Made by a program: the position numbers and the translations under genes. A stretch of 64,000 nucleotides of DNA, taken from Candidatus Woesebacteria bacterium RIFCSPHIGHO2_01_FULL_39_32. Lineage in GTDB: Bacteria; Patescibacteriota; Microgenomatia; UBA8517. The DNA lies in NCBI GenBank assembly GCA_001792345.1, contig MGGJ01000013.1, forward strand, positions 85,371 through 149,370, given 5' to 3'. Below, in pieces: positions 9,948 to 19,301 of the stretch (within the stretch, counting starts at the first letter, position 1; each line of letters opens with the position of its first letter). Under the pieces are notes generated by a model. That model made no database searches. It was not told the DNA's origin and worked only from the letters and a program-made list of their open reading frames with translations.

Positions 9948-10174
9948 ATTTGATAAACAATTTCTTGGATAATGATATATTTTGATCTTAGAGAAAAAGT
10001 TATGACTTGTTATTAGTGGAATTAACTTATATAAATTTCATACTAAGGAGTGTGGTCTTATTTTTAAATTTAAACCCAAGCATGGAAAGTACTAAACAAG
10101 TTACTGTCTAAGAAGATAACAAACGAACCTTTTCCTCAAATAAATGCAGGCAACCAAACAGAAAAGTAATCACA

Positions 10175-10816
10175 TTACTCATCCTTGAATGCCTTTTGTG
10201 CACCTTTATATTCTTCTGGCGTATCAACATCCATCCATTTTGAATTAGGATTAACTTCTACAGTTCTAAATCTGGTTGTATTCGGTCCGACACCCCACCA
10301 TCTTATATTATCCAAGTCATCATAAATTTTTTTCAATCTTTCTTTATCAACAACTTCACATACTTCAGATCCAACCCCCTCTTCTTTAGAAAACTTGATA
10401 ATATAACCGTCTTTGATTACCAGTTTCATTGCCTCTGGATCAGTTGTTCGTAAATCTACCAAAGAAATACTTTCGCTTTTAAACGAATTAACTAATTTAG
10501 GAATTAAATCGTTACTTAAAAGCAGATCGGCATCTAGCATCACCGTATCTTCAAAGCCTATACGATCTAAGGCAACTTTTAGTGACCGTGCATTATCTGC
10601 TGTGTGATATAACGGATCATTTATTAAAACGACATCGGGAAGTTCCAAAAACTTTTCAGCTTTAAAACCAGTAACAACATATATCGGTTTTATTCCTGCA
10701 GATTTAAGTTGCCTAATAAGACGCCCAATAATAGTTTCTTCGTTTATTTTTAAAAGAGATTTGACTTTACCTTCAAACCTTGTCCCTTTACCTGCTGCTA
10801 AAATTATCGCTCTCAT
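10175..10816 (-). CDS. NTP transferase (LicC/phosphocholine cytidylyltransferase-like)
   Basis: AIILAAGKGTRF...K motif, LDADL, WMDVDT; start overlaps decarboxylase stop (ATGA). Confidence 0.8.
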   Translation of the reverse strand: MRAIILAAGKGTRFEGKVKSLLKINEETIIGRLIRQLKSAGIKPIYVVTGFKAEKFLELPDVVLINDPLYHTADNARSLKVALDRIGFEDTVMLDADLLLSNDLIPKLVNSFKSESISLVDLRTTDPEAMKLVIKDGYIIKFSKEEGVGSEVCEVVDKERLKKIYDDLDNIRWWGVGPNTTRFRTVEVNPNSKWMDVDTPEEYKGAQKAFKDE

Positions 10817-12528
10817 TGTATTTGTTTATCAAAATTATCCTTGCTTGTTATTAATGTATTTATAGCTTCTTCAATATGCTCTGGAGTTATTAACGGTGAA
10901 GTAGGATATAACTTGATTGCAGATATTTTAATACCACTAGGTGTACTACAGTAACCTTTACTAAAAGAGTATTCCACACCCTGATTTTTATGAATTCGAT
11001 CCTTTTTGTCAAAACTAAAGAAATCTTCGTTATATTTATTTAAGTTTTCAATGAACTTTGCCATCTTGGGTGAATTATCCTCAAGTTGTTTATTAACCAA
11101 ACTTGATCCTTGCAAAGATATTGGTATCAATTGAAGCATAGTAACAAAGCCCAAAGAATCTGTGTTTACTATATTAAAATTAGCATCACTATGAGCAAGA
11201 ACTCTAGTTAATCTGGCCATTTGAACTAAATTAGCCAAATGTGCCTGAAGGCCCTTAACTCCTAAAGTAAAAATAGTTGTCAATCCAGCCAAAGCGGCAC
11301 CCCCAGGTCTTGAGGTTTCTAGTGTATAACTAACGGGATTTATATGGCTGAATTCCTGAGCCAGTTGATGAAGATTGCTCCCATCTTCATTTTGTTGAAG
11401 TAAAGTGGCAAAACTATCACTATTATTCATAATAACCATACTACAGGGAATGGGACTAGAACCAATTCCTTTATGAAAATCTACACCCCATGAATCAGCC
11501 ATTGCTATTGCTGCAGCTTTTTTAGCCTGAATATTAAGTATCTTTAATGTATTAGACTCAATATCAAGTTCATTTCTGTCAAAATCGTAATCCCTAAATA
11601 CCAAGAATGACCAACCTATCACAGAGTCGACATGTACATGGGGAACATATCTTAATTCGTATTTCTTTACCAATTTATTCCTCATCTCTACAAACTTGTT
11701 GATGTTGTCAATAGCATTATCATATGTAGTTCCACCATTAACAATAATTGCTGGTACCAAAAAATCATTTTCTATCGCCGATTTAATTTCATTCTCTGCT
11801 CTAGATATATTTGTTGTCCTATCTCTGTTTGCTTGCATAACAATGGCATTTTCCTCGCCAATTCCCAACCAGTTGAGACTTGTCATGTGTGAGAAATGAG
11901 AATCCTCTGTAATCGCAATTTTTATTTTCCCTCTTAATCCCAGTTTTTTTGATTGTGGTACTGCCTTTGTTATTGCTACCTTAATAGCATATAAATTCGT
12001 CCCTGTCCCACCAAATGTAAATATACCCGCAGATTTATCAGGGTCGACTCCCGCCAAAAGTGATAAAATCCTACAAACAACTTTCTCAGCTGCTAGAGCA
12101 TTACCAGCAAGACCGTCATTTATGTTATATACGTTAACTTCTTGGGATATTGCATACAATACATTGGAAGCTATATTAGTAGCAGAACCAACATTATACT
12201 GAAGCAATGGACTTTTCCAAATCGGTGCGCCAGCTAAAAAATCTTTTGCTAGATTTAAAATTAACTTTTCATCTTTGACTGTTTCATTGGGGAGTTGACT
12301 ATATTTAGATAGCAAGGATGCATATACTTCCTTATTTGAATTTCCACGGACCCTAGCTCTGTTTAGACTGTTCGTTAAATCTAAATTATCAAATATCCGT
12401 CTATATAGTTCTATAAAAAGTTTAGTATCCTTAACAGGAAACCATCTGTACAGTTCATGAACATAGTTATTCTGTTTTTTTAACTTTTTTATCTCTACCT
12501 TAGTCGCTTTGGATAAAATCCTAGTCAT
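10813..12528 (-). CDS. group II PLP-dependent decarboxylase
   Basis: GIFTFGGTGTN, SHFS, GTT..AID, HVD and DSWGVDFHK (PLP lysine) motifs. Confidence 0.87.
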   Translation of the reverse strand: MTRILSKATKVEIKKLKKQNNYVHELYRWFPVKDTKLFIELYRRIFDNLDLTNSLNRARVRGNSNKEVYASLLSKYSQLPNETVKDEKLILNLAKDFLAGAPIWKSPLLQYNVGSATNIASNVLYAISQEVNVYNINDGLAGNALAAEKVVCRILSLLAGVDPDKSAGIFTFGGTGTNLYAIKVAITKAVPQSKKLGLRGKIKIAITEDSHFSHMTSLNWLGIGEENAIVMQANRDRTTNISRAENEIKSAIENDFLVPAIIVNGGTTYDNAIDNINKFVEMRNKLVKKYELRYVPHVHVDSVIGWSFLVFRDYDFDRNELDIESNTLKILNIQAKKAAAIAMADSWGVDFHKGIGSSPIPCSMVIMNNSDSFATLLQQNEDGSNLHQLAQEFSHINPVSYTLETSRPGGAALAGLTTIFTLGVKGLQAHLANLVQMARLTRVLAHSDANFNIVNTDSLGFVTMLQLIPISLQGSSLVNKQLEDNSPKMAKFIENLNKYNEDFFSFDKKDRIHKNQGVEYSFSKGYCSTPSGIKISAIKLYPTSPLITPEHIEEAINTLITSKDNFDKQIQ

Positions 12529-12534
12529 GAATTG

Positions 12535-12544
12535 TAGTATACTA
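12535..12544. promoter_or_regulatory. palindromic bidirectional -10 element between divergent genes
   Basis: TAGTATACTA gives TATACT on both strands, 7-8 nt before the ATGs at 12528 and 12552 in a 23-bp gap. Confidence 0.55.
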
Positions 12545-12551
12545 TTTTAGT

Positions 12552-13796
12552 ATGAAATTGGCATTTTTAGCTTATAATAGAGATCCTTCAATACCCGAAG
12601 TTGATAATGATGGTAACCCTGTAATTGTTAGAAATTATAGTTATTGGTTAGCTAAATACGGACACACAATTGATATTTTTGTAAATAAAGTAATTCCTAA
12701 CAATCTTAGCAACGAATATACTAGAAAAAAATATAATTTACAGAAAAAATCCCGATTAGAGCTTTTTCCTGGAGTTAAGGTGGTAAGAATAAAAACATCA
12801 GATTTAACTGCTAAAGAATTATTCAAGACCGTCGAGTTGCAGGAAATTCCAGAAATAACACAATCTGTTCTTTCTGCATCCTACTTTAAAACAACACTTC
12901 TATCTGATTACGATCTGGTCTGTATTTTCCACCCATTAACTGCTTTTGGAGTTATCTTTCGGGACCTGCTTCCCTTAAACAAAACTTTATTGTTCCCAAT
13001 GTTGCTAAGCGATGAGTATTTGAAATTTGGAAGTGTATCTCCTATTTACATCGATCTAGAACAAATGGTTTTAGAAAGCGTAAATAAAATATATAGTACA
13101 TCAAATGATGAAAAGAAAGTATTAGTCTCCAGAAACATACCACAAGAAAAAATTGAAGTAATTCGTAGAGGAATTGATATAAATACATTTCCCTATAAAC
13201 AAAAGGAATCCATAAGAGTTCGCAATGAAATTAATATAGTTACTGTCGGTTCTCTTCGTCCCCAAAAACGTCAGCATATTTTAGTAGAAGTTATTGAGAA
13301 TTTATTATCGAGAGGGCTTAAGGCAAAACTGCAAATTGTTGGTGAGAACAAATTTTTTACTAAAAAAGAGTATGAAGATTATTTCAACAGTATTAAGTCA
13401 GCAATTCTAAAAAAAGATTTGGAAGACTATATTGTTTTCGTTGGTGGAGTTGAACCTGATCAAGTAGGAGAGTTGCTAAATTCTGCAGACCTTGCAATAT
13501 TTCCTTCAATTTCAGAATCATTTGGCAAAGCTGCTTTGGAATCTATTTGTTCCGGAACACCTACCATAATTGCTAGTGAGTGCTCAGCTTATAAGGAATT
13601 TGCCCTTGATCAAGAAAATGCTATTTTCTCTTCAAGTAATTCAAAGGATATTACTAAAGCTGTATTAAATTTAATAAATAACGAAGAACGGTATCTTCAC
13701 TTATCTAAAAACGGATTAAAAACAAGGAAAGAATTTTCGTGGCAAAATGTATCAAAGATCCTTGAGACCTCACTTTTGAGATCGACCACATCCTAG
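12552..13796 (+). CDS. GT4-family (GT-B) glycosyltransferase
   Basis: RGID, VGSLRPQK, FPSISESFGKAALE (EX7E) motifs. Confidence 0.9.
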   Translation: MKLAFLAYNRDPSIPEVDNDGNPVIVRNYSYWLAKYGHTIDIFVNKVIPNNLSNEYTRKKYNLQKKSRLELFPGVKVVRIKTSDLTAKELFKTVELQEIPEITQSVLSASYFKTTLLSDYDLVCIFHPLTAFGVIFRDLLPLNKTLLFPMLLSDEYLKFGSVSPIYIDLEQMVLESVNKIYSTSNDEKKVLVSRNIPQEKIEVIRRGIDINTFPYKQKESIRVRNEINIVTVGSLRPQKRQHILVEVIENLLSRGLKAKLQIVGENKFFTKKEYEDYFNSIKSAILKKDLEDYIVFVGGVEPDQVGELLNSADLAIFPSISESFGKAALESICSGTPTIIASECSAYKEFALDQENAIFSSSNSKDITKAVLNLINNEERYLHLSKNGLKTRKEFSWQNVSKILETSLLRSTTS

Positions 13797-13900
13797 CAAC
13801 TTCGTAAATCGTTGCCCTCAAATCTCAATCTTATAAATTGCAATAAAACAGCTGTTAGGGAATAAATATTTTTGTTGACACTTTTTTCAAAATACTTTAT

Positions 13901-15538
13901 TTATTCATATTTTGCGTATAGGGGCTTAGGTTTTTTAAGTTTAACCTTATCTACAGTCTCAGATAATAAATTTTTAATATCTTTAGTTTTCCACAATTCG
14001 TTATTTTCAAGACCATTTACTAGTAAATATTCCGAACTAGCATTTGGAGTAATCGGTTCCATTAACATCGCAATTGCATATGTTAATACAAACAAGTCGG
14101 CTCCTACTTTTTTGAATTTTTCTTCATCGTTTTTCTTTAATATCCATGGTTTTTTGTCATTGAAATATTCATTAGCAAAATTGGATAATTCCAATATTTC
14201 ATTTACATAATCCTTAAACTTTGACCCCCTAATATCTTGCTTAGATTTTTCAACCGCTGTATTTATTCTCTCTGTAATCTCATTAGTCAAATTAGATCTT
14301 TTAAGTTTAACTCCTGCATAGATATGAAGTGTTCTGTTAATGTAATTTCCTATGTGTCCTACTAACAGATCGTTGTTTTTTCGCAAAAAATCCTCCATAG
14401 TAAAGCTAGAATCAGAGTTCTCCGGCATAATAGTTGTCAAGGCAAAACGAAGTGCATCAGAACTGTACTTTTTAATAAAGCCAGCTGTATCAATCACAAC
14501 CCCCCTACTCTTTGAAAACTTCTTACCGTCTAAGTTTAAAAACTGATTAACTGCAGGTTGATCTGGCAACTTCAGCTTTAGATCATAGGTCATTAATTGA
14601 CCTGGCCAAAATATTGTATGGAAAACCAAGTTATCTTTGCCCATGAAGTAGTAGTGTTTTAAGTTACGTCCAATCCAAAAATTCTCCCAGTTTTTGTTAT
14701 TTTTATCTGCCCATTCAACTGAAGCTGAATAGTAACCTATAACGGCATCGAACCAAACATATATTCGCTTACTTTCACTGTTGGGTAACTCTTTGGCTAT
14801 TTTTTTCGGAATCGGAACTCCCCAATCCAGATCGCGAGTCACTGCTCTTGGCTTAAGCCCTTCATCTAGCCAATTCTTTGTTTGTCCTAAAACCCAGTTT
14901 CTCCAGTTAATCGAGTTCTCATTAACATACCTCTCAATATCTTTTTGTAACTTATCCCAACAAATATACAGGTGGTCAGTACCTCTCAAAACAACCTTTT
15001 TCCCATCTAATTTGCTAGTTGGTTTTTTCAAATCTTGATTCAGTAATTTCCCGCAGTTATCGCACTGATCGCTTCTCGCACCATCAAAACCACAGTAAGG
15101 ACAAGTCCCTTCTACATATCTGTCTGGAAGAAACTTGTTTTCACTTTCTGAATAGTATTGTTCTTGCTTCTGAATATCAATTAACCCTTTTTCCCAGAAT
15201 GCTAATAAGAACTCTTGAGTAATCTTTTTATGATTTTCAGTGTTAGTCTTAGTGTATAAATCAAATGTTAATCCAAGATTTTTGAACAATTTTACGTTTT
15301 TTGGATGATATTCATTTACTATGTCATCTGGTTTAACTTTCTTCTTATCAGCCTCAACCGTGATAGGTGTGCCAAAACAATCGGATCCTGAAACCATTAA
15401 AACTTTATGTCCCATTAACCGATAGGCTCTAGCTGTAATGTCAGCTGGAAGCAGATAGCCTGCAACGTGCCCAATATGCAAATTTCCATTAACATAAGGC
15501 CAAGCAACTCCAATAAATATTTTAGTCTTAACATTCAT
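13901..15538 (-). CDS. metG: methionine--tRNA ligase (zinc-knuckle MetRS2-like type, no C-terminal OB domain)
   Basis: WPYVNGNLHIGH, CPYC/CDNC knuckle, YVWFDA, GKDN, KFSKS. Confidence 0.95.
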   Translation of the reverse strand: MNVKTKIFIGVAWPYVNGNLHIGHVAGYLLPADITARAYRLMGHKVLMVSGSDCFGTPITVEADKKKVKPDDIVNEYHPKNVKLFKNLGLTFDLYTKTNTENHKKITQEFLLAFWEKGLIDIQKQEQYYSESENKFLPDRYVEGTCPYCGFDGARSDQCDNCGKLLNQDLKKPTSKLDGKKVVLRGTDHLYICWDKLQKDIERYVNENSINWRNWVLGQTKNWLDEGLKPRAVTRDLDWGVPIPKKIAKELPNSESKRIYVWFDAVIGYYSASVEWADKNNKNWENFWIGRNLKHYYFMGKDNLVFHTIFWPGQLMTYDLKLKLPDQPAVNQFLNLDGKKFSKSRGVVIDTAGFIKKYSSDALRFALTTIMPENSDSSFTMEDFLRKNNDLLVGHIGNYINRTLHIYAGVKLKRSNLTNEITERINTAVEKSKQDIRGSKFKDYVNEILELSNFANEYFNDKKPWILKKNDEEKFKKVGADLFVLTYAIAMLMEPITPNASSEYLLVNGLENNELWKTKDIKNLLSETVDKVKLKKPKPLYAKYE

Positions 15539-15557
15539 GAGTGCTATTTTACATTAT

Positions 15558-15749
15558 TTACACATGTGTTGAAACTTGCGATCTCAAAATTCTCCCTTTC
15601 TCATCTCTCTCCAAAATCAATCTAGATATTTTTGGTGGTGGCATTTTAACTGTGAATTGGAATGGAATTACTTTCTCCTCTGAAGATATTGGTTCTGGCT
15701 CTAACTGATTGTTTGAGCCTGAAGTTGGAGTTCCGCCCTGTGAGTTCCG
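15558..15749 (-). other. displaced 3' exon-like tail of the serine recombinase gene (62 codons after the shared Arg)
   Basis: Reading frame at the core (TGT CGG AAC) equals the recombinase frame at the other junction (AGT CGG GAT); open to TAA at 15558. Confidence 0.7.
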
Positions 15750-15763
15750 ACAGAAAGTGACAT
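15747..15763 (-). pseudogene. ychF: orphaned original 5' end of ychF (MSLSVG)
   Basis: ATG TCA CTT TCT GTC GG preceded by a TAAAAT -10-like hexamer (15773-15778). Confidence 0.8.
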
Positions 15764-15804
15764 ATTGAAGCAATTTTACACCCCGTAATGATTAACTCAA
15801 AATA

Positions 15805-16323
15805 TTATTCCTCCACAATAAGCATTCCGACTTGGCCGTTAGCACGATGTTGTACAACCGAGCAGTAATATTCAAATTCCCCCACTTGATCGGCAACAAA
15901 ATCTATAGTTGTTGTTTCTCCTGCTTTGATTACTGGTCCGTCTACTCCAAGCTCGTCAATATTAAAGTCGTGCATCATATCATTTGCTGTTAATACAATT
16001 CTTATGGTGTCACCAATTTTTACTCTTATTTCTTCGGGATTGTAATAAAAACTACCCGCCTCAACGTCGATTACTATTGGTTCCGCAACTTCGCTCTCTG
16101 TCGTATTTTCTGCTACGGAAAAATCAGAAAGTTCGTCTACTACTTCTTGGCTCTCAGTCTGCGCAGGTAACGTTGAAGGTGTAGGTCTATTTCCAGCTCT
16201 TAATAATATACCTCCCCCTAAAACAACTAGGGCTAAAATCACTCCTCCAACTAGCAAAAAGTTTGTTGATTTTTTTGGTACGCTATGCTGTATTTCTTCA
16301 ATTGAAGTTTTTTGTTCTTCCAT
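15805..16323 (-). CDS. membrane-anchored cupredoxin-domain protein
   Basis: N-terminal TM, MMHDF and YYCSVVQHRANGQVG copper-site motifs; SD before ATG 16323. Confidence 0.85.
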   Translation of the reverse strand: MEEQKTSIEEIQHSVPKKSTNFLLVGGVILALVVLGGGILLRAGNRPTPSTLPAQTESQEVVDELSDFSVAENTTESEVAEPIVIDVEAGSFYYNPEEIRVKIGDTIRIVLTANDMMHDFNIDELGVDGPVIKAGETTTIDFVADQVGEFEYYCSVVQHRANGQVGMLIVEE

Positions 16324-16392
16324 TTCTCTCACCACCTTCCAAACATAAAACAAAAAGTATAAATTTTAATTTTAAGAAAAAGCTGAAAAAAA

Positions 16393-17556
16393 TTAAAGTT
16401 TCTCAGGGTTTACACGGATAACTTTATCGTCATCTGATTCGGGATCTCCCCTACCATCACGGTTACTCGTTGTTATATAAAGCATGTTGTCAGGTCCTGC
16501 AATAACTTCTCTTAACCTCCCAAATTCTCCTTTAAAAAAAGTTTCCAATTCGGCGGAATTTCCTGATAGCGTAACCCTATATAATGCTTGTCCCCGAAGA
16601 CCTCCGAAGTAAAACTTTCCATTTATATATGCAAGTCCCGCTGGCGCCCAAGTATCCGATCGGCCCGATTCTATAATCGGTGTCACCATACCTTCCCTCG
16701 TTTCTTTTCCACGAATTTCCGGCCAGCCGTAATTTTTACCAATCTCAATTCTATTAAACTCATCATTTCCTGTTTCCAATCCTGATGGGCCGTGCTCTGT
16801 TTCCCAGAGAGTTCCATTTGCGTCCCAACTTATTCCTTGTGGGTTCCTGTGGCCGTAGGAATAAACTCTATTTCGAAACGGATTTCCTGCTGCAGGATTA
16901 CCTTCGTAGGTTACTCTAAGAATTTTTCCCGACAAAGAATCAGTGTCCTGCGCGTTAGAAGGGTTTTGTGCATCTCCGGTTGTGATATAAAGCATTTTAT
17001 CCGGACCGAATTTAATCCTTCCACCGTCGTGGTTTGCTGCCCCGGGTATAGCATTAACAATTACTTTCTCGTCGCTTAATTTCTGGTTTCTATACGTCAT
17101 TCGCACTACCTTATTTAACGTATTACCACCTGATTCCGAATAAGTGTAATAAAGATAGACGAAGTAATTAGAGGGAAAATCTGGATGAAGCGCAATTCCC
17201 TGCAAACCGCCCTCTCCAATTTCTTTAACACATTCAATTTCTGCAATCGGATTTGGCAGTAGGTCGCCGCTTGAATTGATTAATCGAACAGTCCCTTTCC
17301 TTTCTGTTATTAGCACTCCCCCATCTGGTAAAAATGCTATTGCCCAGGGTGTATCGAGGCCTGTTGCAATGACAGTAGTCTTGGGAATGTTCTCAGTGTT
17401 CACGTTATCTGAAGAATCTTGAGAATTATTGTTCAAAAAAGGAATCGAAGTTTTATTTTCTTGATCTTGCCCCGAAGACTTATTAGAAGTCCTCGCATAA
17501 AAAACACCTACTGCAACTAATATTAAAGCTAAGATTATTAAAGTGACTTTATTCAC
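16393..17556 (-). CDS. PQQ-dependent glucose/sorbosone dehydrogenase family protein
   Basis: GEGGLQGIALHPDF, HDGGRIKFGPD, SYGHRNPQG, NYGWP motifs. Confidence 0.92.
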   Translation of the reverse strand: MNKVTLIILALILVAVGVFYARTSNKSSGQDQENKTSIPFLNNNSQDSSDNVNTENIPKTTVIATGLDTPWAIAFLPDGGVLITERKGTVRLINSSGDLLPNPIAEIECVKEIGEGGLQGIALHPDFPSNYFVYLYYTYSESGGNTLNKVVRMTYRNQKLSDEKVIVNAIPGAANHDGGRIKFGPDKMLYITTGDAQNPSNAQDTDSLSGKILRVTYEGNPAAGNPFRNRVYSYGHRNPQGISWDANGTLWETEHGPSGLETGNDEFNRIEIGKNYGWPEIRGKETREGMVTPIIESGRSDTWAPAGLAYINGKFYFGGLRGQALYRVTLSGNSAELETFFKGEFGRLREVIAGPDNMLYITTSNRDGRGDPESDDDKVIRVNPEKL

Positions 17557-17735
17557 AGAAAATTATTTTACCACAAGATTATTTTTTTTAGCAGCTCATC
17601 TAAATAATCTTTAACTGTTTTTGCTTTACTCGGCATGTCTCTATTTTCTATTTTACCATTACAAACTCGCTGTTTAGACTTAAACACTAATAAGTTGGAA
17701 TTGCTAATGTATAATATAAAGGCCGCATAATTTTT

Positions 17736-19214
17736 ATGCAATTAACAGAAAATGGCAAGGTCTATGCATTAATCCTCCTCGCTTCTGCTATCTTTTCAAT
17801 TTTTACAATCGCTTTCGGCTTTTTCCCATACCTGGGGGCTTCAATTTCGTTTATCGCATTTACTCTGCTTGCCTACTATATCAAAAAAGACAAAACACGA
17901 CTCACAAAGATATTTTTTGCAATCACATTAATTTTATCGGTTTTCTTGTCAATTCGAAGTGAGGGATTTCTCACCCTACTAAATATAGTAGGAATTTTTT
18001 ACTTCGGTTCACTTTTTACATTGACATTGAAGGGTAACAAAACAGAAAGCACTTTTTCAATAATTTTTGCACCATTTACCCTTTTCTTAAAAAGTCTTTT
18101 TACCACAAAGGAGTATTCTCTGGAATTTAATGATTCATTAACCGAAGAAAAAAAGAAGGAAAACACCCTAAATACGATTGCTATAACCTTGGTAACTATA
18201 ATTGCCCTAGCAATCATACTTCCCCTACTGGCATCCGCAAATCCTTATTTCGAAAAACTATTATCGGATCTTGTAGATTTACTAGGAATAAGGAACTTTA
18301 AAATAACCGAGAATTTATTTGAATGGACTCTTAGACTAATCTTCTTTATTGTACTAGTACTTTTTGTTCCCAAAATGGCTACTTTGATGAATAAGAATGA
18401 GGCTTCAAAACTTCGCCCTCAAGAAGGGTTAAATATGTTAATTCCCAAAATTGCAGTTGCAGTTGTATTAATAATCTTTTTTATAACACAGTTGCAATTG
18501 TATTTTTCATCGCCAGAAACTTTAGAAAGCTTGGGGTATACTTACTCGCAATATACCAATGAGGTTTTTGCACAACTCTCTGCCGTAGCCGTAATAGTTC
18601 TAGCTCTCCTTTATTTCGAAAAGGAAAACAAAAAGGCCAACATAAATATGGCTTTAGTTCTCGCTTTCCAGGGAATCTTTCTAACGTTAATGGCCTATAA
18701 AAGCGTTTATGAATATAGTAATGCATGGGGTTTTACTTATAAAAGACTATATGGTTTTACGGTCGCAACTTGGATTTTGGGAGTATTTACTATTTATTTA
18801 TACGCGTTTCTCAAAAATCTTAAAAGGGAAGGCTTTATTTTCTCATCAGTCATTTATACAGGGATAATTCTAATCTTAGTAAATCTTTCTAATTTCGATT
18901 ACATGATTTATCACTTCCGAAAAGCCAGCACAGGACAAGGAATCGACCATGGATATCTTACAAGACTCTCAAGCGACTCGCTTTCTTATAAAAATCAGTT
19001 ATCGGAGATAGCTAAAGACTCGCCCCAAATATTAACAGATTTAGATAAAAAGGAAGCTAACACAAAGGGTTTGTGGACTTTACTCTATAAAATCGAAAGA
19101 TTGCAAGAAAAATATAAAGATGCCGATATTCGGGGTTTTAATTTGTTTGAATACCTGCAATATAAGGATATTAAAGATATAGATACCCAAATATATCGCG
19201 ATAAATACAAATAA
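17736..19214 (+). CDS. polytopic membrane protein (DUF4153/DUF4173-like)
   Basis: Many TM segments; LLASANPYF, YSQYTNEVFAQL, GFTYKRLYG motifs. Confidence 0.7.
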   Translation: MQLTENGKVYALILLASAIFSIFTIAFGFFPYLGASISFIAFTLLAYYIKKDKTRLTKIFFAITLILSVFLSIRSEGFLTLLNIVGIFYFGSLFTLTLKGNKTESTFSIIFAPFTLFLKSLFTTKEYSLEFNDSLTEEKKKENTLNTIAITLVTIIALAIILPLLASANPYFEKLLSDLVDLLGIRNFKITENLFEWTLRLIFFIVLVLFVPKMATLMNKNEASKLRPQEGLNMLIPKIAVAVVLIIFFITQLQLYFSSPETLESLGYTYSQYTNEVFAQLSAVAVIVLALLYFEKENKKANINMALVLAFQGIFLTLMAYKSVYEYSNAWGFTYKRLYGFTVATWILGVFTIYLYAFLKNLKREGFIFSSVIYTGIILILVNLSNFDYMIYHFRKASTGQGIDHGYLTRLSSDSLSYKNQLSEIAKDSPQILTDLDKKEANTKGLWTLLYKIERLQEKYKDADIRGFNLFEYLQYKDIKDIDTQIYRDKYK

Positions 19215-19301
19215 ACTTCCCCCAGTTATCCTTGATCATTATTTCCAATGTGGTTTAAATCGCAATTCAAGTAGAAAAGTTTTTAAAATTTGAAATAGAT
19301 C

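Larger units (their letters stand above)
7136..15751. mobile_element. integrated genomic island inserted in the 5' end of ychF
   Basis: Shared core CCGAC at 7136-7140 and 15747-15751; joining the outer flanks restores MSLSVGIVGLPNVGKS; recombinase remnant at one end; visibly AT-richer cargo. Confidence 0.85.

Noticed and set aside
15558-15773. 71-aa ORF as an independent gene
   Set aside because: Its TTG start overlaps the -10 box of the orphan ychF start and it crosses the att core; better explained as the displaced recombinase tail
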